From Candidatus Micrarchaeota archaeon (GTDB taxonomy: Archaea; Micrarchaeota; Micrarchaeia; Anstonellales; Bilamarchaeaceae), in the NCBI GenBank assembly GCA_043803165.1, contig JAZDKI010000021.1:5576-69575 (forward strand): a stretch of 64,000 nt of DNA, given 5' to 3'. The notes under the pieces are model-generated. The model was not told the origin of the DNA and did no database searches. It saw nothing but the letters and a program-made list of their open reading frames with translations. Each line of letters begins with the position of its first letter. Within the stretch, counting starts at the first letter, position 1. The position numbers and the translations under genes were made by a program. Below are positions 30,043 to 40,524 of the stretch, piece after piece.

Positions 30043-30648
30043 TCAGCCCAGCAATGCCTTTCTCAGAAGTTCGGCCGCTTTGCCGTCTTCTCCGGGTTTG
30101 GCGCGGATATATCTCACCCCTGCGGCTTTCGCCGCCCCCTCATCGTTGATGGAATCGCCGATGAAGACCGCCTGCCCCTTTCCCATATCCAGGTGCCGGA
30201 GGATGAGTTGGACCTGGTCCGGTGCGGGTTTGTTGTTCTCCACAGAATCCCGTCCGCAGACGATGTCGAATTCTTCCAGGAGGCCCGCCTGGCCGAGTAT
30301 GTCCCGTATCGTCTTGGAGTGGTTGCCGCTCGCCACCGCGAGATAGTATCCCTCTTTCCTCAGGTCTTTGATCAGGGCCGACATCTCCGGAAAGGTCCGG
30401 AACGCATGCGACTTGGCGCACTCGCTCTCGAAACGGAGGTAGATGGCGTCGATCCCCTTCTTGAGGCCGGATCCCCTTGAGAGGCGGTTGCTCATCGGGA
30501 CGAGATGCTCCTTCGGGTCGGCCTTTATCCCATTCGATTTGGCTAGCGTTACGACGTCGGCTTTCACAGCCTTCCAGCTGACATCCAGGTGCAGGATGGT
30601 GTCGTCGAAATCAAAGATGACCAGGTCGTAGGGGCGGGATTTTGGCAT
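30043..30648 (-). CDS. HAD-family hydrolase
   Basis: FDFDDTI, KPAPD, IGDS..D. Confidence 0.85.
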   Translation of the reverse strand: MPKSRPYDLVIFDFDDTILHLDVSWKAVKADVVTLAKSNGIKADPKEHLVPMSNRLSRGSGLKKGIDAIYLRFESECAKSHAFRTFPEMSALIKDLRKEGYYLAVASGNHSKTIRDILGQAGLLEEFDIVCGRDSVENNKPAPDQVQLILRHLDMGKGQAVFIGDSINDEGAAKAAGVRYIRAKPGEDGKAAELLRKALLG

Positions 30649-30793
30649 GGATTCCCTTGAGGAGGGCTGGATTTTTAAGCCTATGAGCGGAAATACTACC
30701 TATGAGACAGAAGGGACCTATTTCTGAGGATGATGACGAGGTGCCGGAACTCGAAGGCGTCGTGATAGCCAGAGGCAAGCTGGGGTGAATCTG

Positions 30794-31081
30794 ATGACTG
30801 ATGAGAGGAAGAGGTTCGAGGTCCCGAAGCCCGTCACGGCAGGGGATAAGATAGACGTCCGGATCGAGAGCCAGGGCGCCCATGGCGATGGCATCGCGAA
30901 GATCGACGGGTTCACCATCTTCGTCAAAGGGGGGAAAAAGGGCGAGCGCTGCCGGGTGAAGATAACCGACGTGAAGCGCACCTTCGCGACCGGCGAGAAG
31001 GTCGGAAGCGCGAAGGATGATGAGGCTGAAAGCGAGATGGAAGAGGGAGTCGAGGGCTATAAGGACGGCCCTGCAGGCTGA
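30794..31081 (+). CDS. TRAM-domain RNA-binding protein
   Basis: GDGIAKIDGFTIFV.G.KKGE...VKIT.VKRTFA. Confidence 0.85.
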   Translation: MTDERKRFEVPKPVTAGDKIDVRIESQGAHGDGIAKIDGFTIFVKGGKKGERCRVKITDVKRTFATGEKVGSAKDDEAESEMEEGVEGYKDGPAG

Positions 31082-31082
31082 A

Positions 31083-32366
31083 TCACCACCGGTCCAGAAG
31101 CCACGAATTGATGAATATTATTATCACGACCATCGCCGCGAGGCCTATGACTATCTCTATATGGCCGAGCGAGCCGCTTGAAGGTGCGAGGCTCGGCCTT
31201 GCAGGGACCGATGCGACCGGGGAGCCGTCTTCGGCAAATGCACCGCCCACCGAGAGCATCCTGCTCGTTATGGTCTCGTTGAAGCCCACCTCGTTCTGCG
31301 CGACGTCTTTGACATGTATCGAGAGGTTGTTGTCTCCGAGCCCGGGGTATCGGTGCGTGAACCTGTATGCATACAGGAAGGAGATATTCTCTTTCTCCAA
31401 TTGGAAGGGGCTCGCCACGCCACTGGAATCCTCCGACCAGCCATCCAAGGAGATGTTTGAATCGTTGGAGACCATGGATTGGACCCCGTATCTCCCGGTG
31501 ATGATGGAAAACGACCGGAGGGTCATGTTTTTCGTCGTATTTCCGTTCAGGCTTATCTCGGCCTGATACAGCGGGCATTGAGTTAGGATGACCGGGGCGA
31601 AGCTGTTGCTCCGCACCCACTGCTCGCGGAGCACAGGAGCGCCTAAAAAGAAGAGCTTCCTGCTCCCCCCGACCGGGAACGAACGGCTCACCGATACCGG
31701 GATGGAGGAATTCATCGTGACATAGTTGTCCCCGCAGTCACCGAAATAGGCAGCGCCCCGGTCGTCGATCTCGTAGAAGAACACAAGGTCTCCGGAGATG
31801 TTGATAAGCAGGGAATCGTTGCCCGAAGCGGAATCCATGGCGGATAGGACTTCCGGGGGGACCGCGATCAGGGTCGAATCGAAGGGCACCGCTCTCGTGA
31901 CGTCCTTGAACGAGAATGTCACGTTCATCCGGTAATCCACGCCGGTTCGGTTCTCGTATTCCACGCAGGTGTCGGTGTCGAAGTCGCACCTCCAGGGGTA
32001 CGCCGGGATATCCAGATACCAATCGCGGTCGCAGACGAAATCAGGATATCCTTCAGTAGATAGCGAGATCAGATGGTCCATCCGGCTGCCCCTGGCTATC
32101 AGGACGGACAGGCCGCCCATCGCGCAGCTCATGTTGTCTATGGACGGGGATAAACCGAGGATCTCGATGCTGGCCGATGCTTCAGCCGTCTGGTGGTAGG
32201 AATCGAAATGCAGGTCCACGGTGGTGTTGAAGGCCGACGCGTTGTCATAGGCTTCTTCGAGAGCGGGGGCGAGCGCGGCGTTGTTGGCCATGACCGCGGA
32301 TAAAGGAGGGTCTGCGTACTGGGCAAAAGAGAGCCCGACTAGCAGAAGGAGGAATATAGGTCTCAT
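31083..32366 (-). CDS. Secreted/membrane-anchored hypothetical protein
   Basis: Signal peptide, many N-x-S/T sequons, C-terminal TM. Confidence 0.65.
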   Translation of the reverse strand: MRPIFLLLLVGLSFAQYADPPLSAVMANNAALAPALEEAYDNASAFNTTVDLHFDSYHQTAEASASIEILGLSPSIDNMSCAMGGLSVLIARGSRMDHLISLSTEGYPDFVCDRDWYLDIPAYPWRCDFDTDTCVEYENRTGVDYRMNVTFSFKDVTRAVPFDSTLIAVPPEVLSAMDSASGNDSLLINISGDLVFFYEIDDRGAAYFGDCGDNYVTMNSSIPVSVSRSFPVGGSRKLFFLGAPVLREQWVRSNSFAPVILTQCPLYQAEISLNGNTTKNMTLRSFSIITGRYGVQSMVSNDSNISLDGWSEDSSGVASPFQLEKENISFLYAYRFTHRYPGLGDNNLSIHVKDVAQNEVGFNETITSRMLSVGGAFAEDGSPVASVPARPSLAPSSGSLGHIEIVIGLAAMVVIIIFINSWLLDRW

Positions 32367-34270
32367 AAGACATCGCTTAGCCGGTCGATTGGCACGAAGA
32401 TCAGCATGTCGTTGGTCTGGAGGATGCGCACCCGGGCGCGCTCGGACTCGCTCATCGCGGAGAGTATGCGCTTCTCCTCTGAGTTATCATCGACGATCAC
32501 GATGCCCTTCTTCTCGAACCTGTCCCCGAAGAACCCGATCTCGAAATCCGCCGTGACGAACCTGCTCCCGGATTCCCGGAACTGCACCCCGCCCTCGATC
32601 AGCTTCTCCCGGACCATCCTCCGCAGGACGTTGCGCGTGACATCGCCCTCGCCCTTGAGCTGGTAATAGTCCCGGTGGGCCTCCAGCTTCCCGAGCCGGA
32701 CCAGCTTCTTCAGTATCTCTTCCACATTGCCGTCCGTGACGTCGGCCCCGTTGGTGAGATACCTCTTTAGTGAGACGGAAAACTCGTGCGGAGTTATCGG
32801 AGACGACCCCAGCTTCATCTCGTTGCGGATCATCCTGAAGCTCTCCAGGGCGCGTTCGAGGGGCATCGCCATCTCCTGCCGGACGTAATCCGCGCTGTCG
32901 CCGAACCTGAGCCGGTAGGTAGGACGCCTGGTCATCCGCGCGCCGAAATACACGAGCGCGACAAGGACCAGCGCGGGCAGGCCGTAAGTGAGATAGAATG
33001 AGAAGAGGGGGTCGTCGGCATGGTCGTAGTCGACCCTGATCTTCGCCTCGCCCATAGTGAACTCGAATACGTTCGGACCGCGGGCGGGCCTCGCGCTGAC
33101 GACCACCTCGCCGTCGCTGATGTAGTATTTCCTGGGTTCTGAACCTGATAGCGAGACATATGCCTCGCTGTCGCGGACGGGCTTCCCGTCCTCGGTGACC
33201 GAGAAGACGAATGTGGATCCGGACCTCTCTTTCAGGCTTATCTGCAGGTTTTTGACATGCAGGAGGCCGGTGGCTATCTGACCCGTATTGTCATCCACGA
33301 TGAGGATGTAATCGCCGGGTTCGGAAAAATCAAGCTCCTCGAAAAAGACGTTCCCGTCCGTGACCCTCTTTTCCTGGACGTGCTTGACGACCTTGCCGTC
33401 TTTCTTCACCGTGAAAAACGCCGTCCCGTTGGTCTTGGTCAGATCGAAGCGGAGGGTCGATCCCTCCCATTGGTAGCGGGATTGCGGGCTTGGGGTGAGG
33501 ACCTGGCTCGTCGCCTTGACATACGGCGAATCGAAGACCCCGGTCAGGCCTTCCATCTCATAGACGATCCGCATGTAGCCGGATTGGTTGAGCGGGGCGG
33601 AGACGGTCCCGACCCCTTCCCCGGAAAGCACGTAAGAGCCGGTCCCGTTCATCATCCAGTCGGCGCGCAGGATGCGCTCCTCAAGCGAGACGCTGCCGTT
33701 CTCCATAAAATCGTCCAGGGTCCCGGGATAGAGGACGATGCGGGATCTCTGAGCGGGCTGGAGCTGGTCGTACCAGTCCAGTTTCTTTATCCCGCTGCTG
33801 AGGAGCAGGTCTTTTTCACCTATGTAGATTATCGTGCCCGATGAAGAGTTCTGCTGAAGGTTGAAGAGGGCGTATGAGGGTATCGCCCCAGTCGGCACGA
33901 CATATATCGCATCGCCTATCCTGGGCTCCTCGCTTACGCTGACGTTGAAGCCGTAGCCCTCGAGCGATCCGAGGTCCTCTGAGAGCTCCGCGAGGCGGGA
34001 TGCCTGGATCGCCTGGCTGTCGTTGATTATCACCACAGAACGCTTGGGCTTCTCGGGGTAGCTGAATATCGTGAGGTTTCCCGCACCCCTGAACCGGTAC
34101 ACGCTATAGACGTAGTCGCCTGCGGCGCCGCTTTCGAGCACCGAGAAAGACGACAATGGCGGGGCTGATTCGGATTCGCCGGTCTCTGAGGCGAGCAGGA
34201 AGACCACTATCCCAACAAGCGAGAGCAGGAGGATCCCTATCGTGGCTATGACCACTGTCTTCAGATTCAT
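32363..34270 (-). CDS. Membrane-anchored hypothetical protein (N-terminal TM, extracellular beta region, second TM, cytoplasmic tail)
   Basis: 635-aa ORF with ATGA overlaps on both sides. Confidence 0.65.
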   Translation of the reverse strand: MNLKTVVIATIGILLLSLVGIVVFLLASETGESESAPPLSSFSVLESGAAGDYVYSVYRFRGAGNLTIFSYPEKPKRSVVIINDSQAIQASRLAELSEDLGSLEGYGFNVSVSEEPRIGDAIYVVPTGAIPSYALFNLQQNSSSGTIIYIGEKDLLLSSGIKKLDWYDQLQPAQRSRIVLYPGTLDDFMENGSVSLEERILRADWMMNGTGSYVLSGEGVGTVSAPLNQSGYMRIVYEMEGLTGVFDSPYVKATSQVLTPSPQSRYQWEGSTLRFDLTKTNGTAFFTVKKDGKVVKHVQEKRVTDGNVFFEELDFSEPGDYILIVDDNTGQIATGLLHVKNLQISLKERSGSTFVFSVTEDGKPVRDSEAYVSLSGSEPRKYYISDGEVVVSARPARGPNVFEFTMGEAKIRVDYDHADDPLFSFYLTYGLPALVLVALVYFGARMTRRPTYRLRFGDSADYVRQEMAMPLERALESFRMIRNEMKLGSSPITPHEFSVSLKRYLTNGADVTDGNVEEILKKLVRLGKLEAHRDYYQLKGEGDVTRNVLRRMVREKLIEGGVQFRESGSRFVTADFEIGFFGDRFEKKGIVIVDDNSEEKRILSAMSESERARVRILQTNDMLIFVPIDRLSDVL

Positions 34271-35626
34271 ATGTCCAACCTTGCTGACGCCAAAAAGTCG
34301 ACGTCGTTGCGGTAGAGGTCCCTGATGTCCTCCAGCTCGAGGGCGAGCATGAGGGGCCTCTCCAAAGACAAGCCCCAGGCTAGGACCGGGTAGACGCCGG
34401 CCAGGGGTATGCTCACTTCAGGGCGGAGTATGCCTCCGCCGCCTAATTCCATCCACTGCTTGCGCTTCTCGAAATACACCTCGATCTCCAGGCTTGGCTC
34501 CGTGTAGGGGAAGAAGCTCGGCCGGAAGCGGATCTTCTCGAATCCGAGCTTCCGATAGAACTCCTTGAGGACCCCGAGGAGGTCTGTGAATTTCGCCCCC
34601 CTCCCAGGCGATGATGCCTTCGACCTGGTGGAACTCGGCCAGGTGCTTGTAGTCGGTGGCCTCGTTGCGGAACACCCTGCCTATGGCGAAATATTTCTTC
34701 GGCCGCTTGTCCTTGATGGCTGCGACATAGCGCGCGGATAAGGCGGTCGTATGCGTGCGGAGCACCCTTTTGGACGCCTCCGCAGGATCCCAGCGGTATC
34801 TCCAGCCTGCCTCGTGCGCCTTCCTCACGCGCTCGACCAGCTTCTGGTCGTGCGGAAGGTCAGCCACGCCCTTGATGTAGAATGTGTCGGCCAGCTCTCT
34901 GGCCGGATGGTCCTGGGGCTGGAAGAGGGCGTCGAAGTTCCAGAAGGAGCTCTCCAGTATGTCCCCTTCCATCTCCTGGAACCCGAGCTCTGCCATGATC
35001 GCCTGTATCTTTTTCATCATCCTGGAGACAGGATGGTTCTTGCCGAGGGGGGCATCGGGCCCCGGGACGTTCACATCGAATCCCTCCTCGAAGGCGGACC
35101 AGTCCACCGGCTTTCCGGAGTATGTGATGACGCTCGCGCGGACCGTCTTCTTTTCCAGGAGATGGCGCTCGAAGAGCTCCTCCGTGAGCTCGATGTCCTT
35201 GGATATGCCCCCGGATCTGAGTTCGGAGCATGCGGAGCTGAGCCTTTGGGCCTCCTTATCCACGTCTTCCTTGCTTTTGGCCGGGATGACCTTCCCGCCC
35301 TCTATCCTGATGAAGCCCTTGACTTTCGCCCATCTGAGCCCGATGGATCTCTCCACCGGCGATAGGTCTGATATCGAGGCGCCGGATTCCGCCTTGCGGA
35401 ACACCGCTATCTCCGGGAAGCCCTCTTTGCCGTATCTGGCAAGCTCGTCTGTCACCTGCCCGGTGGTTTTCTCGGTGATCTCGCTTTTGGCGAAACCGTC
35501 TGCCTTGAGCGATTCGACTATGCGCCGCACGCTGTCCTCGTTGATGGATGCCTCGCGGGCGAGCTCGCCGACGCCCATGCCCCGCTTGACCAGCAGCCGC
35601 AGTATCTTGTCAGTTCCCTTGTACAT
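34267..35626 (-). CDS. pheS: Phenylalanine--tRNA ligase alpha subunit, split by a +1 frameshift near 34596-34601
   Basis: FWNFDALFQPQDHPARE and EFHQVEG in one frame; FRPSFFPYTEPS, WMELGGGG, AWGLSLER in the other. Confidence 0.9.
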
Positions 35627-36450
35627 CACTCCTCGCCTCTCCTTTTCGCAACCGTGATATATACGAAAGAACCAATAAGGGCTACGACCAGCGCTATCAG
35701 GGCGTATCCGTGCGGACCGCCGAAAGATTGGCTGACCCCGCGCAGGATCCCGCCGAAGAAATCAGACACCTCCTTGTCTATGGAATCCTCCACCTCGAAT
35801 ATCAGGGAGAACTTCACGAGTACCATGTCTGTCCAGGACAATGATCCCACTTCAGCCGGGAGATGGATGTTGGAATCCGCCGGTTGCGGATTGATGTCTT
35901 GTGTAACGGACTCCGGGGGCATCTCGATAGTCAGATGGACGTCTTCGTCAAGGATGATATTGCCGTCTGCCGTCGTGGTGAAGGCGAGGGCGGCCGGATT
36001 TATCGTATAGCGCCTGGTGCGGGGCTTGTATTTCTCCACAGTGAAGATGCCGGTCCCGGGCGAAGGCTCGAGCGTGTCGTTGTTCTTGAATGCCGGGTAT
36101 GCCGAATAATCGAGTATCAGCTCCCCGTGGCAGATGCCTTGTATAGGGTTGCACTTGGTGCGGGGCTGGGGGCGCACGCGCAGGTCCTGGATATCGACGC
36201 TGGAGGGATTCAGGTGGAGCTTGACGTCCTTGAGGCCGGTGGAGACCGACCAGAAGGAAAGCTCGTTCTGCGTGAAGCCGCTGTCATAGACAGAACTGGC
36301 ATAGTCGCCGAACATCACGAACTTGATGCTCTCATGCACCTTCGCGCTCCCGTCGTCGGCGATATCGCTGATGGTCACATCCACGCGCTCGATGAGGAAT
36401 TCGGCGTGGATGGTGGCGAAGATCAGGAGGAGGAGGAACAGCCTCTTCAT
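35626..36450 (-). CDS. Secreted protein with C-terminal TM anchor
   Basis: Signal peptide MKRLFLLLLIFATIHA; TM plus KRR tail. Confidence 0.65.
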   Translation of the reverse strand: MKRLFLLLLIFATIHAEFLIERVDVTISDIADDGSAKVHESIKFVMFGDYASSVYDSGFTQNELSFWSVSTGLKDVKLHLNPSSVDIQDLRVRPQPRTKCNPIQGICHGELILDYSAYPAFKNNDTLEPSPGTGIFTVEKYKPRTRRYTINPAALAFTTTADGNIILDEDVHLTIEMPPESVTQDINPQPADSNIHLPAEVGSLSWTDMVLVKFSLIFEVEDSIDKEVSDFFGGILRGVSQSFGGPHGYALIALVVALIGSFVYITVAKRRGEE

Positions 36451-36502
36451 GGGAAAATCCTCTCGCTCAAGATATATAAATATACGTCAGGCTAAATCAT
36501 CC

Positions 36503-37603
36503 ATGAAGCACACTATTTCTACCTTGGGGAGCCATTCGGCGCTCGATGTCTGCGAAGGGGCCAAGCGGGAAGGGTATCCGACCCTGGTCGTGGCACAAAA
36601 GGGCAGGGAAAAGACGTATCTGGGACCATACCGGACAAGGATGCGCAAGGCAGGGGCCAAGAAGCGCGAGGTCGGGGTGGTCGACGAACTCCTCCTCCTG
36701 GGGGGTTTCAAGGAGATCTGCTCGAGCGCGAGCCTGGATTTCCTTGCCAAGAGGGATGCCATCTTCGTCCCGAACCGGTCGTTTTCCGTCTATGTCGGAT
36801 ATGACGCTATTGAGAAGGATTTCACCACGCCTGTCTTCGGCAACAAGTTCCTGCTCCGGGCAGGGGAGCGCGACGCAGCGAAAAACCAGTATCATCTGAT
36901 GGAGAAGGCGGGCATGAGGACGCCGAAAAAGTTCTCCTCTCCCGAGAAGATAGACCGGCTCGTCATCGTCAAGGTGAGCGAGGCAAAACGGTCTTACGAG
37001 AGGGCGTTCTTCCTTGCCCGCAGCTACGAGGAGTATAAGGAGAGGGGCGGGGCCCTGATCAAGAGCGGCAAGACATCGGAGGAGATGCTCAAAAAGGCGA
37101 CGATAGAGGAATATATCGTAGGCGCGCACTTCAACCTGAATTTCTTCTATTCGCCCGTGCATAACGACCTGGAGCTGCTCGGCATAGATACGAGGAGGCA
37201 GACCAACATCGACGGCTATCTGCGGATGCCGGCGGATGCGCAATTGGAGCTCCTCAAGGTCATGCAGCCCTCCACCATAGAGGTGGGGCATATCGCATGC
37301 ACATTGCGCGAATCTCTCCTCGAGCAGGCTTTCGACATCGGCGAGAGGTTTGTCAACGCCGTGCAGAAGGAGTATAAGGATGGCATCATCGGGCCTTTCG
37401 CCCTCCAGGGCGCTTTTGTGGAAGACGACGGCGAGAGGTTCGTCTGTTTCGACATCTCGCTGCGGATGCCGGGCTCGCCGGGGACCAGGTTCACGCCATA
37501 CCCGGGCTACCTTTTCGGGGAAAGCGTAAGCTTCGGGAGAAGGATCGCGATGGAAGTGAAGGACGCAGAGAAAGAGAAGCGCATGGACGATATCACCACT
37601 TGA
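36503..37603 (+). CDS. purP: FAICAR synthetase (PurP family, ATP-grasp)
   Basis: LGSHSALD, VPNRSF, FGN..L, IIGPFALQ, GRRIAME. Confidence 0.85.
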   Translation: MKHTISTLGSHSALDVCEGAKREGYPTLVVAQKGREKTYLGPYRTRMRKAGAKKREVGVVDELLLLGGFKEICSSASLDFLAKRDAIFVPNRSFSVYVGYDAIEKDFTTPVFGNKFLLRAGERDAAKNQYHLMEKAGMRTPKKFSSPEKIDRLVIVKVSEAKRSYERAFFLARSYEEYKERGGALIKSGKTSEEMLKKATIEEYIVGAHFNLNFFYSPVHNDLELLGIDTRRQTNIDGYLRMPADAQLELLKVMQPSTIEVGHIACTLRESLLEQAFDIGERFVNAVQKEYKDGIIGPFALQGAFVEDDGERFVCFDISLRMPGSPGTRFTPYPGYLFGESVSFGRRIAMEVKDAEKEKRMDDITT

Positions 37604-37644
37604 GAAGAAGGAAAATCAAGAAAAGAAGGCTCCCATCCTGGAGC

Positions 37645-38055
37645 CTAATAGCCATCCGGAGCCGGCACGTTGCCCAGCATGAACGGCACGAGCATCCTGT
37701 GCGCCTTGCGGGGCTTGTCGACGTTCAACGCGAAGATGCCGTCGCATTTGTCCTGCGACAGCATGGCCAGGGCCAGGACGTTTATCTTCTCGGTCTCCAG
37801 CATGTCGGTTATCTTCTCCATCGCATCGTTGGACACCTTTATCACGATGGATTCCGGAGGGGTGGTCCTAAAGCCGTTGCGCTCCAGGATCTCGAGGGCC
37901 TTCTTTGGGTCCCTGACCTCAAGACCGATCACCGCCTTCCCGCCCAGCACATCCACTGAAAGGCCGTCGATGTTGACATTCGACTTGCCGAGTATGTATG
38001 ATATGTCGGCAAGAAGGCCGACCCGGTCTTCTGATACGATCGTTACCGCTTTCAT
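37645..38055 (-). CDS. ACT-domain protein
   Basis: EDRVGLLADISYILGKSNVNI. Confidence 0.75.
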   Translation of the reverse strand: MKAVTIVSEDRVGLLADISYILGKSNVNIDGLSVDVLGGKAVIGLEVRDPKKALEILERNGFRTTPPESIVIKVSNDAMEKITDMLETEKINVLALAMLSQDKCDGIFALNVDKPRKAHRMLVPFMLGNVPAPDGY

Positions 38056-38068
38056 CCCCACCACCTCA

Positions 38069-38356
38069 TCAAAGGAGCGCCACTAGCTCCCCGCTTATGG
38101 CATCAAGGGTCCGGAAAGCCCGGTAATCGTCCGCGACCCCGCCCCTGAGCGCCTTGGCTTTCGCCTTGCTCAGCGATTTCACGACCCTCACCTTCTCGCT
38201 CACCGAGAGCGACAATGATTCGCCCCGGAGAAGGCTGTAGAGCTGTGACGCGGCATCGACGACGACACCATAGCGTGTCGGATCCTCATATGCCATCTCG
38301 AGCTCTGCTGTGAGCCCCATCAGCTTCTTTTTAGCTTTCTGGCTTGAGCCAAACAT
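38069..38356 (-). CDS. Hypothetical protein
   Basis: 95-aa ORF with GGGGG RBS-like run and upstream TATA. Confidence 0.55.
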   Translation of the reverse strand: MFGSSQKAKKKLMGLTAELEMAYEDPTRYGVVVDAASQLYSLLRGESLSLSVSEKVRVVKSLSKAKAKALRGGVADDYRAFRTLDAISGELVALL

Positions 38357-38563
38357 ATCAATCCCCCCACCGAGGGTTATAATGGCATAGGAGTTATATA
38401 TATGTTTCGCATTTTTTCATGTGATTTCTATTGAATTGTTTATATACTTTGTGCAAAAATACACCAATTTTCTGTTACATTGTTCAGATGACACATATTT
38501 TCACGGAAACACGGCCACGTCGTGGAAGCGCTATTTTATTAATTTTCAAGGCGTTTCCCCTTT

Positions 38564-39451
38564 ATGCACATCGTGATAGCAGACCAGATGGAGGAAGATG
38601 TGGTGAAGGGCATATCAGCCCTCGGGCAGGTCGTCTACAAGCCGGCAGATGTGAAAGCCGCGCTTTCTGATGCCGATGTCCTTATCGTCAGGAGCGCGAC
38701 CACCGTCACGAAGGATTTGATAGCCGGGGCCAAGAAGCTCAAGGTGGTGGCGAGGGCCGGGGTGGGATTGGACAACGTCGACCAGGCTGCATGCGCGGAA
38801 AAAGGCATCAAGGTGCTGAACACCCCGGGGGCGTCTACCAACGCCGTCGCGGAGCTCGTGATCGGACTGATGATCGGGGCCATGCGGAACGTCCAGAAGG
38901 CCCACCACCAGATGAAAGGCGGGAAGTGGGAGAAGAAGGCCCTCGTGGGCCGCGAGATAGAGGGCAAGACATTGGGCGTGATCGGCTACGGCCGGATCGG
39001 AGCGGCTGTCGCCAAGAAGGCGCATGCCCTAGGCATGAAGATAATCGCTTTCAATCCCCCGCCCCGCCATGAGGACGGCATCGCGAGGTTCGTCGACAGC
39101 CTGGACGAGTTTTTGAATCAATCCGATGTCGTGACATTGCATGCGGCGCTCACTGACGGCACCAGGATGATAATCAACAGGGACAATATCGCGAAGATGA
39201 AGGACGGCGCGTTCATAGTGAATACCGCAAGGGGCGAGATGATAGACGAGGGGGCATTGTATGAGGCGATAAAATCGGGCAAGATCTCCGGCGCCGCCAT
39301 CGACGTGTTCCCGGAAGAGCCCTACAAGGGGAGGCTGCTGGAGCTCGAGAACGTCTATCTGACGCCGCACCTGGGCGCCAGCACGAAAGAGGCGCAGGGC
39401 AGGATCGGCGCGGAGCTCGTCCGGATCCTGAAGGAGGAATTGAAGGGCTGA
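38564..39451 (+). CDS. D-2-hydroxyacid / D-3-phosphoglycerate dehydrogenase
   Basis: RAGVGLDNVD, GYGRIG, NTARG, DVFPEEP, TPHLGAST. Confidence 0.85.
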   Translation: MHIVIADQMEEDVVKGISALGQVVYKPADVKAALSDADVLIVRSATTVTKDLIAGAKKLKVVARAGVGLDNVDQAACAEKGIKVLNTPGASTNAVAELVIGLMIGAMRNVQKAHHQMKGGKWEKKALVGREIEGKTLGVIGYGRIGAAVAKKAHALGMKIIAFNPPPRHEDGIARFVDSLDEFLNQSDVVTLHAALTDGTRMIINRDNIAKMKDGAFIVNTARGEMIDEGALYEAIKSGKISGAAIDVFPEEPYKGRLLELENVYLTPHLGASTKEAQGRIGAELVRILKEELKG

Positions 39452-39461
39452 GCTGGTCTTT

Positions 39462-40187
39462 TTGGATATCATCATCGGGGCGCTTGCCGTATTGATTGCC
39501 ACTTCGGTCGGGGCCGCAGCTTCGCTCTTCATCGGCTGCGTGGACCAGAGGAAGAACGCGGTCATGCTGTCTTTCTCTGCCGGGGCCATGGCTTTCTCGG
39601 CCCTCGAGATGCTCAATGAATCGCACCGGACCGCAGACGGGTTCCAGATGCTGTTCGGATTCGCGGTCGGCCTGGCCGTGCTCGTGACCGCCGACAAGAT
39701 CCTCCCCCACGTGCACCACCACCTCAATAAGAGGGAGATCGAGCGTGCGAAGAAGAAGGCGCTCCTCTTGGGTGGCGCGATCGCCCTGCACAACATCCCG
39801 GAAGGGCTGTCCATCGCGACGGCGTTCGCCTCATCCGCTTCGTTGGGCTGGTTCGTGACCACGATCATCGCGGTCCAGGATATCCCGGAAGGGGCCCTGA
39901 TAGCGGTTCCCCTCGTCTGCTGCGGATTGAACAGGCGCGATGCGACATTATACGGGGTGTTATCAGGGCTCGTGGAGGCAGGGGCCGCCATAGCGGGGTT
40001 CATGCTGCTCTCGCTTTTCTCCCCGCTGATACCTTCCTCCCTCGCGTTCTCGGCCGGAGCGATGGCTTATGTAGTCCTCGTAGAGCTGTTGCCGGACGCA
40101 TTCTCGAAAGGTAATGAGAGGGCCGGCGCGATATCTTTTGCGGCAGGGGCCGGGGCGGCCTTCCTGATCGCCACGCAGCTTTTCTAG
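39462..40187 (+). CDS. ZIP-family (ZupT/GufA) metal transporter
   Basis: LHNIPEG, QDIPEG, His-rich loop. Confidence 0.85.
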   Translation: MDIIIGALAVLIATSVGAAASLFIGCVDQRKNAVMLSFSAGAMAFSALEMLNESHRTADGFQMLFGFAVGLAVLVTADKILPHVHHHLNKREIERAKKKALLLGGAIALHNIPEGLSIATAFASSASLGWFVTTIIAVQDIPEGALIAVPLVCCGLNRRDATLYGVLSGLVEAGAAIAGFMLLSLFSPLIPSSLAFSAGAMAYVVLVELLPDAFSKGNERAGAISFAAGAGAAFLIATQLF

Positions 40188-40194
40188 AAAAAGC

Positions 40195-40512
40195 TCACTC
40201 GACTTCGGCTTCTATCGTATCCGGTTCCACCGTGGCGATGATTTCCTTCTCTGCGGGCTTCTCGACGAAATGCCCGGCCATCTTGCCTCTCGGGAAGACG
40301 ACCACGTCCTTGTGCTTCAATGGGAGCTGGAACTCCTCGGCGAGGCGCACGAGTTCCGGCGTCGGGATGTAGTACTGGCTCATGAGGAACGGTATCGTCC
40401 CCCTGGATGTCTGCTCCCGCACCACGTTGAGGCGGTGGCTCTGCCGAAGCCCTGAGACGAACACCTTGACATCGACATATCCTCTCCTGAGGATCTCTTC
40501 CTTGCTTATCAA
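40195..40512 (-). CDS. Hypothetical protein
   Basis: GGAGGG RBS before a TTG start; follows the NAD kinase gene. Confidence 0.55.
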   Translation of the reverse strand: MISKEEILRRGYVDVKVFVSGLRQSHRLNVVREQTSRGTIPFLMSQYYIPTPELVRLAEEFQLPLKHKDVVVFPRGKMAGHFVEKPAEKEIIATVEPDTIEAEVE

Positions 40513-40524
40513 TGAATCCCTCCG

